NCBI GenBank assembly: GCA_037379345.1
Contig: CM074517.1
Location: 17,112,001-17,176,000, forward strand
Direction of reading: 5' to 3'
Source of the DNA: Perna viridis
Lineage: Eukaryota
DNA: 64,000 bases
Position numbers and translations under genes: made by a program. Every line of letters starts with the position of its first letter. Position 1 is the first letter of the stretch. Shown here one piece after another: positions 50,301 to 62,300 of the stretch. A model generated the notes under the pieces. The model made no database searches, was not told the origin of the DNA, and saw only the letters and a program-made list of their open reading frames with translations.

Positions 50301-53300
50301 TCATTTTCAACAGTATCAAGTAGATTTATCTTCTTTAAATGTTTTGGTGTAGCTACAGACAAGGCTAGAACATCTCCAACTGCTTCATGGAATCCTGTAA
50401 TAAATGTAATTCACATTATAAATTTTCAAGACAAAACAACACAACATTTTTTGCCTTTATTAAGTAGCACTCCAGCTAAAATCATGCAATATGTGATTCA
50501 TGGGTAAAAAGCCTACATATTTTTATTTTTGATATTTTGTTTGAATTGCCATAGTAAAGAGAAATTAACATTCAGTTTTTCATATAACCTGTGTTCTTAG
50601 GAGATAAAAATTATATAGAATGCTCTGTAGATTTCAAAATTAAGGGAGATAACTCTGTAAATGACACTCCAATACAATATAATCTACTGGATTTTCAATG
50701 TTTGTTATCTTCTAAAAGCAGGCAGATTTGAATGATTAACTACACATTCCAGAGTATAGACACATAAAACAACTTAATTACAAAAATAAAAATATGTAGC
50801 CTTTTTCAGGGTGTATCACATTTTTCAGATTTTGCATGATTCTTACAAAGACAGGTACTTAATTATTGGATATCAGTTTCTCTGGTTTAATTTCATTTGT
50901 TCACAGAGTTGTATTTTTGAAAGCCATTTCATCATCTATGTTTATGACTGAAAAATTGAAAAAATTGTGACCCATGAAAACCCTCAAAAATTGGTATCCA
51001 ATAACAATTATATGACCACAATATGGCTATATACCTGGGTTAGCTCCATCTCTAAACAATACTGGTTGATCTCTATACTGCAGGAAGTATTGTATGTGTC
51101 CCATCTCATGGTGTATTGTTATCAAATCTTCCATGTTTATAGCAGTACACATCTTTATTCTGAAAGAATAAAATAAGAAAAGCTTATCATTATATGAAAG
51201 TACAGCATATGTAGAGTGAAAAAGCATATTCTGTTTGGTGGGTTTTTCTTCACCATGAATTACTTAACCATTAGCAGTGCCTGAATTTTATATGGACTGA
51301 TACTTAATATGAAATGGTCTAAAAAAGAATGAAAATGCCATAATCATTTGTCAGACTTAATTTTTCATGTCAGACAATTCACTTCATTTCACCTGAAGTC
51401 TTTCTTGTTGTAAAAATCCCATGCTGAAGCATGACAGACCATTTCTCGACCTTCTGGCTTTGTGATGATAGATTGATCCCAGAATTCCTTTGGCATTGGA
51501 ATCAGACCAAGAGAGGTGAAAAATTCATCAGCAGTCTGGAACATCTTTAATGCTGTGTAGTTCTACAATGGAAATTGTTTGAGTATGCTATACAGTTCAT
51601 TACTTTCACAGTCACAATGTGCAAATTTAGTATATTTCAGTGGTTTAATCTTCAAGCATTTAAAACTATTAGAATATACTTATTTTCCATTAATTCAAAT
51701 AGGAAATCTGTAGTAGAAGAAATGTGTTAACAAGAACTGACTAAAGCCAGAATATTAATGATAAAACAAGATGACAGTTCTGTTATGATTTAGCTCAAAT
51801 CATTCCAATAATCAGTTTCTAGGTCTAAGCGGATGAAATGTTTATGTAGCACCAATACACTTAAGTTAAGAAACCATGTCTCATAAATAAGAAGTAAGGT
51901 GTGTAATTAAACTCAAGTCTAAAATGCAATAAAACAATCATGTTGAAACTTCATACCAAATTTTAAGTCATTCCCATGAAGAGTTTCTAGTGTGAGGCTG
52001 ATGAAGATTTACAAGTTTATCTGAAGTTTGAAATTCACTCTAGATGCTGCAACAAGTCCTCTCAGAAAATTAAAAAATCTTGCAACATAGGTAAATAAAG
52101 AATAATCTTACACAGGCAAAATTATTTCACATGATTTTCACACGAATTTCACTTGAATTGAGCAAATAAACTAAGTGACAGAGTTCACGTGAAATTCGGG
52201 TGAATGGAGCCTTCACGTGAAATTCACACGAAATGTTCACATAAATTTCATGTTTAGTGAATTTCACATGAAAATCATGTTAATTTCAAGTGAATCTCAT
52301 ATTTGCCTGTGTATAAAACGTTATCAGATTGTCAAACAAAGTTTGATTTGAATACTGTCTAAGAATTTGACATACCAATGGCAGTAAAACTAAGTCCAAA
52401 AGCAAGGGGCCCTAAACAATATCTTTCATACTGTGAAAGTATCATTATTTGTGGGGTACCAATTTTCATGGATTTTGTGGGTTTGGTAAACCACAAAATT
52501 TGGTTCCCAATGAAAAGAAAATATTCCATTCGTTTGTATGACAGAGTTGTCAAATCCACAAATTCAAGAATCTGTGAACTGATCATTTCCCCCTAAACCA
52601 CAAAAAATTGGTACCCACGAATAAAAGTACTTTCAAAGTAAATCTTTATTGTACTCTGTTCAATTATTTAGGAGTAAAAAGTCATTTACCTGTTTAACCA
52701 TCTGTGGTGTAACATCAACATTTGTCTTGTGTTTATATGGTATCATATCATCATACAGATTCTGCCATTCTTGTGCCCACATATTACCTTTTAAAACATT
52801 TTCCAGGTAGTTAAAATAGCAAGGATATAAATCATTACAATCCAAACAAAGGTAAACATTTTCATTTTTTCATAACTTCTGCATGTGACAGAAGACTACA
52901 TAATTGCTGCACTAGATCATATGACAGACAGACAGACAACAGTATACAAAATGGGCCTTAAACAACAAGTACAGTGGAAATACCTTTATTCTGGCATACT
53001 AAGTTTTCAGAATTTGTCAATTTTTTTTTTAGTTCCTGGATTTGTGAACTCTTAGATTTTAGGATTGGTTTTAAACTTTGTAATGGAAACTTTACACTTG
53101 GCAGGGAATTTGAATTAGTAGTTTGAACAAAAATTTGTACCATACAACAAATAGCTCTTCTACAGTACCTACCAAAATATAAAATCCTTACATTTCAAAC
53201 CTGCCACAACAAAATATTATTTACAGTCACAGAGGGTATTCATTTATACTTATTTTCATGTATTTCTTAAAAGTGAGATATGATACATTCTTTCTATGTC

Positions 53301-56300
53301 CCGAATATTTTGTAATTGAACCCTTACCTAGAAGATGAGCAGGAATGTGACCAGAAGCAGGGAACCTGTCCTTTCCATACTTTTCCTGTAATTTCCTCCT
53401 TACATAGGTGTGTAGTTGTTCATACAGGGGTTTCAGCTGCACCAGTAGATGTTCCAAATCATGTTGGAAGGTAGGGGACTCATACCATGACCTCCAATAC
53501 TCCCCAGTGTCATTGTAGAATCCTGATAAAGGAAAGTGGACAAGTATAAATTACAAATACTGAAAACCTGATGGTTCACAAATATAATGATTATGAAAGT
53601 TTGTTGTCTCTAATAAAAATCAGATGTAAGAAATAACAGTGTTTGTAAGATGACCTTATGACATTGATCATACGTTATTCATGGACATATAATAAACATT
53701 AACTTTAATATTATCAAGTTTCCTGAGACATATCAATTCCTAATGTATCAAAACATTAAAGTTGATTCATTCCCATTGGAATTCTATTACTAACCATGGC
53801 CTTAATTTTGTTTTTTGCTATGTTTATAATTTCTGCTATATATTTCCTATATTAACCAGTAGGCACCTGACATATCTAGTTGCATCATATTCTGATAACT
53901 AAGGAACTCAACATACCTTTTTTCATACTATGGCAACAAAGGAACCTCATATACATGTATCTAATTCCTCAATGTCCTGATTACTGAGGTACATATCATA
54001 CCTCTTTCTTTAAAACCCTGGTTACTGAGGTTCAAGCCATACTGTATTCATCAAAACATTGGTTACTGAGGTACATGTCATACCTTATTCATCAAAACCC
54101 TGGTTACTAAGGTACATGTCATACTTCATCCATCAAAACCCTGGTTACTAAGGTACATGTCATACATTATTCATTGAAACCCTGGTTACTAAGGTAAATG
54201 TCATACCTTATTCTTTAATATCCTACTTACTATAAAGAACATGTCATACCTAATTCTTTAATGCCCTGATTACTAAGCTGAACAAATCGGGCATATTTAT
54301 CCTTCATCTTCTTGCCTGTTTGATCTCTCCAGCCCTTCCATATCTTTAAAAGTTCATCGTAGTTATTAGAAGTTGCCATTTTCTCATATAAATCTGAAAC
54401 AGATATAAAGAATGAGTTTTTAGTCTTTCCCCAAATCAAGACATAAACTTCTGTAAGTTCCGAAAGTATTGTGACGTTTTCCTACTTTTAACAAATGGGT
54501 TTGGAGATTGCTTAGAATTAAATCTTTTGCATTACTGAAGTGGAATTTTTCAAATTATCACAAGAGTAAGAAACATAATAAGATTTGACTGGTAAATGTA
54601 CTAAATAACTGCACATTCCTAAGTTCTACTTAATAACATACATCCATTGAGTCATGCTAACACACGAACACTGAGTCACACTAACAAAAAAACAATTGAG
54701 TCACACAAACACATCCACTGGGCCATACTAACACATATACTGAGTCACACTTACACATCCACCAAGTAACATTTACATTTCTACTGCATCACACCAACAC
54801 ATTAAGTTAGTCACATTAACTCATCCACCAAGTAACACTAACTCATCAACTGAGTAACACTAACATTTCTACTGCATCACACCAACACATCAAATGAGTC
54901 ACACTAACTAATCCACAGTCACAATAACACATCAATTAAGTAACACTTACACATCAACTGAGTAACACTAACACATCCACTGAGCCACACTAAACACATC
55001 AACCAAATAATACTAACAAATCCACTGAGTCACATTTGCACATCGATCAAATAACACTAACACATCCACTGAATCACAATAACACATCAACCATGTAACA
55101 CTAACACATCCACTGAGTCACACAAACACATCAACCAAGTAACACTAACACGTTCACTGAGTCACACTAACACATCAATCAAGTAACACAATCACATCTG
55201 TTGATTAACAATATCACATCCACAGAGTCACACTAACACATCAACTGAGTCACACTAACATATCAACCATGTCACACTAACACATCCACTGAGTGACACT
55301 AACTCATCCACACAGTCACACTAACACATCCACACAGTCACACTAACACATCAACAAAGTAACACTAACATATCCATCAAGTAACACTAACACATCCACT
55401 GAGTCACACTAACACAAAAACGGTCTAATTATGGAATAGCCCTCTCTATCAATGGTGTTATATGTAATATGATTTAAGGATTGGCATGGATGGACAGAGT
55501 CAATAATGCACTGCTATGTTGTAACAGTCCAGACACCTTGAATGATGGGATTATTCATGTTTCAAAGTATCTTCATGTATAGGATGTTGCTTACACTCCA
55601 TCCCTATTACTGGAAGTATTTTAAGGCAATGTTGACATTGAAATTATACTGTTTTAAAGGGGAGTCCATGCAAAAACCAGGCAGAGGGTGCTCATGAAAA
55701 ATTTTGTTTAAAAAGATGTTCACCCATTTCATACCACAAATGCATCCTTTCTTAAAATTGAACACTATTTTTTTTAATTAACTTCAAGGATTAAAGAGAA
55801 ATAAATTACAAAAAGGATTGAAATTCATTGAAGAAAGGGAAATAACTCTTTAGTTTTAGTTGCTTTGTTAGGGAACTTTAAAATCATTTTCTGTGCCATG
55901 TTTTAAAACAAACTTTATACTATTTGATATCCATATGATATATACATTACATTGAAACAAAAAAATCAGTGGAAAAATTTACTCTGTGCCACCAACAACA
56001 TAGAATCTGACCAATTTAAACATGCACAGCCTCTTAATTGGTTTTTATTGCAGTGTTGAGGTATTTACACTTCTTTTCTATACTTTACCAGGTTCAAGTG
56101 GCAGACATCCACCTGGAGACAAGCAAACTTCTCCTTTGCCATAAATTCCTTCAATGTCAGACTGGAGTTGGTTCAACTGAAGAGAAACAGGCAGAAGTCA
56201 CAGTTTGAGAGAAACATATGAATATCAGTATATGTAAAAAAGAGTTTAAATAGAAAAGTGACACATGTATACAGTACTCAAGCAAGGTCATATTTTATCT

Positions 56301-59300
56301 TTCTAAAGGAGAATGAAAATGGCACAAATAGTCTTCACTTAGTGCATGGTATTTTCTTTAATTTACTTATTTTAATATCCAGTAGTAATTTAAGGTTTTT
56401 TTTAAGGTTTTGTATGCTTTGTTTTTTTTTTTTTTGGATGACTTAATCATTTTGTTATATTTATTAGGATAGAGATGTCAAGTCTACGAAAATAAATTAC
56501 ATGTATTTTATATCCAGTGCAATGCATGTACCCAGACCTGCACTGATTTTTTCAAAGGAAGAAACATTTTAAATTGACATTGTGACAAATGTAAATACTT
56601 AGTAGATATACTTGTTTAAGTTTATTCTCATCGGATAATCCATCAGTTCCTATATCACTGATGCTTCTAAACTGACGCTTTACATTCTCATCATCAAAAT
56701 GTTTCCAGTCAAATGTGGAGGCATTCCTAGCTGCCTCCTTGTTGAACCTTGCAGCAACAAGTCTGGCTTCAATCTACAAATAATTTAATATTGTTCCAAA
56801 CAGGCAAGTGATAGATACTGGTATTTATTCATTTTTAACAAATCTAAAATCCTGAAAGTTAAGTATTTCAAATGCAAAAGGAGTAGTAATGAAATCAGTC
56901 TAAGTTACTTTGATGCTTACATGAGATTGATGTAAAATGCTGAATAAAAACGTTCCAATGATTGCTAGAGTTGCATCCCTTAACCTAGGTCTACCTCCTT
57001 AAATTCTCAAAAGTACTTCATATTTTCTTTGTCACACTAATATGTTCTGTATCAGTATATTATACCTGTTTTTCCTGATTCTCATCTGTAATGTTAGAAG
57101 CATAAGCCCACTCAGCCTCAGTTTCAATATTTAATGAATTTCCAGCAACCACATCAAATTCTGCTAGCCATTTCTTAGCTCTCTCCAACTCAGCATTTAT
57201 ATGATGAGGCACAGGGCTGGATGGACATGCTGTTTCCCATCCCACCTTGTAACCTTTATTACTGTTTTCTGTTTTCAGCCAATCAATGAGAGGTTTGAAG
57301 TAATCCATGATGGCACTGGCATCCATCTTCCTTTGGCCTGTTAGTGCTTCCATAGCATCAGCCCAAGGCTTGGATGATCCCATTCTTAACATGTCCCTTT
57401 AAAGCAACACAAATACATGAATTTTCACAGCTTGCAGTTCAGCCTTACTCATAAATACATGAAATTGAAAGTAAACTGAAAAACATTTTACATTCCTAAA
57501 TAATAATTGGATAATTAATTGGAAAAAGTAAATAACCAAAATATGGTCACGTGTGCAAAGAATGTCTAGATTTAATGAGTATGCCAAACTTGTTCAGTGC
57601 ACAAGTTAAATAAGATTTCCTCCATAATTTGTTGCACTTTTCAACATAAATTTTAAATTTTGTGAACAGCAGATTGATATTTGTGTCATGATGTTTTGTG
57701 ACATTTTGGCTGTTAAAAATCTCAGAGTGAAATTACAGAATTTATTTGACAGTGTGAAATATCGATTTTTTTTTTCACAGGGGAACATTATGTAAATCAC
57801 TATCTCTATAAACTCAGAAATTTATTGCATGCATTTCAAATTAGATTGGAATAGGATTTTAGTTTCAAAAATTGTAAAATAAGAGTAATATTTATTGAAA
57901 TTACAACAAAAAGGCTCTTTTCAGTATGCTTCATTTCCATTTTAATTCATTTCAATGACTAAGTTACAGCCTTGACCAAGAATCTCCCACAATCAACTGA
58001 CCCCTTTATTGGACCATTAAAGCACATCTTAAAAACAAACAGGAATATGAAATGTAAAGTATGTGTGTGACTAGAAATTACTACCAAGTACAAAACTTGA
58101 AATTTGGTGATTCATCATGTTTCAAATCAAAGTCATGATATTTTCCTCTACTAGTTGCTTAAATATGTCGAGATATTTTCTTCTACTAGTTGCTTAAATA
58201 TAAGACTCACCCTAACTTTTTACCAGCCTCTTTCGACTGATAGATATCACATTCATGTAATGGTCCTTTGTGTCCAGCAGATTCACATAAAGCCTTGTGG
58301 AATTGGAACTGTACAACAAAACTTACAAAGTACCTGAAAAAAAGCAACAGCAACTGTAGATTTGGAAAATATTACAGCAATAATGACTTGTCAAAACCAA
58401 ATCTGAATAAAGAAGACCTTTCAAATCAGTTTAAATGTATTTAAATCAAATAAACCATACATCTATTTAAATCAGATAAATTCTACAGTACAAAAATGGT
58501 TCTACCTAGACATGTTTTACTGTACTAAGCTTTAATTATCGCAAAAATGATTGAGCAGATGTTGTGTTAATCAAAACTTGTATTATAGAGGCTCAGCATT
58601 ATGAAAGAAGCAAGGAATTTGCCTAATTTTGAATCATTGAAACCCATTTAGGTTTTTAAAGGCAAAATGGCAAAAACAAGTTTTTTGTGTCATAGCTTGA
58701 TATTTTCCCTGTACTTTTGATGAAAAATGATAATCATTTTTGAAAAAAAAGCAGGAAAAGGCAAAAAGAAAGCATATATATAGCATGCTATATTTTTTAG
58801 CCTCCATGGTTTGATGTACACCCGCTCAGGAATATGTAATACAAGACTGATACCTTCAAATAAAGCTTGATAGGGTTTAGTGAAGTTGAATAAGATACAA
58901 ACATATCACTGATTTAAAGAGTTATATCCCTTACAAATGCTCTACCTCCTTCAGTCAGAAAATAGAATACAAGTAAGCTAGTAATATTTTATTCATGAGC
59001 AAGAGTAAATAACTTGATTGGCCAGTTAAACTATCGTTAAAAATAAAAATATTGTATGTTGTGGAGTGGCTAAGTGGTGTATAATTAAGATTAATATTAA
59101 ATGGCACCTTATCTCTGTGGTATTGGTCAACATTTTTAGTCTTCTTTTCAATACTTTCTGCCCCTGACAAAAGCCATAAGGCAAAAATTTGGGCCCATAT
59201 TCTTTGTATTTTTTTTACTTTCTATTTGTATGTAGTTCTTTTTTACCATTTAAACATGGCTATTGTTCACTTATTTATTAAACAATATTTAAGCTTGTAA

Positions 59301-62300
59301 AACTTGAAACTTGATAAATTTTCCAATTACAAAAAGTATCTATTTTCAATATTGAAAATTAGTAATTTAATGTGAAATTTGTTCAGAAGAATGATTTTTT
59401 TTCTTGAGACTACATAGAATATTTTGTAAAACGTAATATAAAGGATTCAAACTGCAATGCATTATTGTTTTAATTACTGACCTGATGTATGGTGTATTAG
59501 AAGGAATGTGGTACTTGGCTCCAGGGTCAAAATCATCCTCTGATCTTGTAACTGGTGGTGCTATACCCTGATACTCACATCTGAAATACAATGAAATCTA
59601 CATTAGCTGATTTTTTTCCAAGAACCAACAAATTTGAATTATATCAAAAAGATTCTTATCTGAACAAAATCTTGAATAAACTAGACACCTGTCACCTAAA
59701 ACTTTTTTGTAGTTTCACAGCTTTTTGCATCTGATTCAGTACTTAACCCTATAAAACAATAGGTCCAAGAAGATTCTGTTTAACTGTACATGGATAAACA
59801 TGAAGTTCGTGCACTGTTGTCCGAGGTATACCCAACTCTTTTCTTATGGTGAAAAATTGGAAATCTAATACAATAGGAAGATATTGTAAAGCAACCAATC
59901 TGCTCATAAAGTATGTTCCATTCATATATTCACTTTTCAAATTTGAGTCCACATTCTTGCTATGAAATTCAGGCAGATGGAACGGAAAAGGATATTAAGA
60001 TATACCACCTGTTCATTAAAAGTTCAGTTTTTATTTGTATAAATGGTATTTTCAATTTGAATGAACTCATTATAATACATTCAAAACAACAAATAAATAA
60101 TAGAATATTTATTAAAATATTAGGTTAGAGATCTATTGCACTAACATTCAAAACTGAAACTTACTTTAGATCCCACCATTTCTGATTGTACTTATCAGGA
60201 GTTGTCTCCCCACTAAATACACTCCATCTCCATTGATCTATGAGGTACCCAAAGGGGAGAAAAGCAATCTTCTCTAATGATACTTTCAATAAGTAATTTA
60301 TAACTGCCTCTGCAGAAAAAAAAATATAAACATGAGAATACATGAAAACCTGTCTAAACCAAACCCTGAAAAAAATACCAAAACCTGTTTGAACCAGACA
60401 TTTTTTAAAGACCTTTATATCATTTTAAATGTATTTAGAACTTTGGTAAACCAAACCAATTTTAAACTCCAAATGTGATTTGATTTAGACAAGGTATCTA
60501 TATAAAACAAAAAATCATAAAAAAAATATGCAATGTTTCATATGCTGAGAAAGTATTACTGTATGGGTGGTACCAATGTTGTGGTTTTCATGGTTTAGCA
60601 AGCGATGAAATTTGGTCTCCTACAAAATGGGAATTTCCCATTCATTTGTAAAATGGTGATGTTAAATCTATAAAACAATATTTTATCCCTAAACCATAAA
60701 AACTGGTTCAGAATAAAGGTATTTTCAAAGTATTCTTCAGCAAAAAAGAAAATGTATAAAATGTTGATTACATAAAACCACTTTCTGTCATCAAGTGAAC
60801 TCCCCCTCTTTCAGTAACAAAGCTTACCTTGGTCTTTTTCTACACTGCCTAGTAGTCCAATGGTTTTTAGATGTTTTGGTGTTCCAACTGACAAAGCCAT
60901 CACATCACCAACAGCTTCATGGAATCCTGTAACAAAGGGTAAAAACTCTCATAAAGTCATCCTACAGCTTCAACTTTGTAAAGCTATCCAAGCCAAAGAA
61001 GGAAACTTGCTATCGTGTAGTGGTATAGGTAAAGGCAAGAACATGAAGAAAAATGTCTATTCAGATCAACATTGTATTTCAAAAAAGCGTAAAGTTCTGT
61101 CAAGCACCTATGATGTTACATGGTTACAATAAAGTGTGGTACATATTGTACGTTGTCTATGTGCGGTACTGTGGAGTTCTCGACACTTGCATTTATTCTT
61201 CTTGATCATTCATAGTTCTTGAGATGTAACTTTAAACAAGCAGGTAGGCGACCAAAAAAATAGAAATTGATACATGTTTTTTTTTTAAAAAGACATGGTA
61301 GCCATATTGCTTGTTGCCCTAACTGTAATATTGACATTATTTTTAAAGAAGACAAGTTACGAATGGTGTTGGTCAAACTAAATTTAGCCTTCTGAGTGGT
61401 TTCAGAGGAGATGTTTTTTGAAAACATTCACAACCATCAATCCAGGATGATGGAAGACAACCACAAACTAAAATTTAGCCTTCTGAGTGGTTTCAGAGGA
61501 GATGTTTTTTGAAAACATTCACAACCATCAATCCAGGATGATGGAAGACAACGACCGAAGCCATGAGATAACAAGAGTTCACATGGACCTTCAATCCCTG
61601 TCAGCTAAAAAAATGTTCAGCAATATTTTCAATTATCTTTTTCAAATATATAAAGGGATGGTGTCTCTGTTTTATTCCTGTCACATCATAAAAACATTAC
61701 AAATAATAAAAGGTCAAAGGTGTAAGAGCATTAGGCTATAAAAAAATATGACCTTTAACATTGAGGTAATAACATAAACATAGTCACAATATAGTCAAAT
61801 CAATAAATATTAGATAAATGAATGTTTTTTTTTTTTTTTTTTTTTAACAACAAATGATATTCTTTATTATCAATAAAGCTTGATAAATGAATGTTTTGTG
61901 ACTTAATGTATTCATAATGATGCAAGAAATACATCCATTAACAGAAACTACTGAAAATTGTAAATTTTGGTGCTTTTTCAGACAAATTTACATAATCCAT
62001 TTTGTAACTTCATCTACACCCAGAAAGCAACTTAATACTTTCACATTTATTAATGTATACACTAAATATGAAGTTGTTTCTTGGGTGTGGACACCATTTT
62101 CTTCCCAAAATATGACCTAAAAGTAATCAAAAAGTACAAAATGAACAGAATATCTGAATTACAGTAAACTTCAAACATCTTTTGTCCTTTTAATGCAGGA
62201 ATTTTCAGAAGTTCTTATGTTTTCTTAGTTGTTTCAAAAAAAATTAACACTTGATGATCATTTTAGCGCCCTTTCTCATTTTGAACAAAAAATTTTATGT

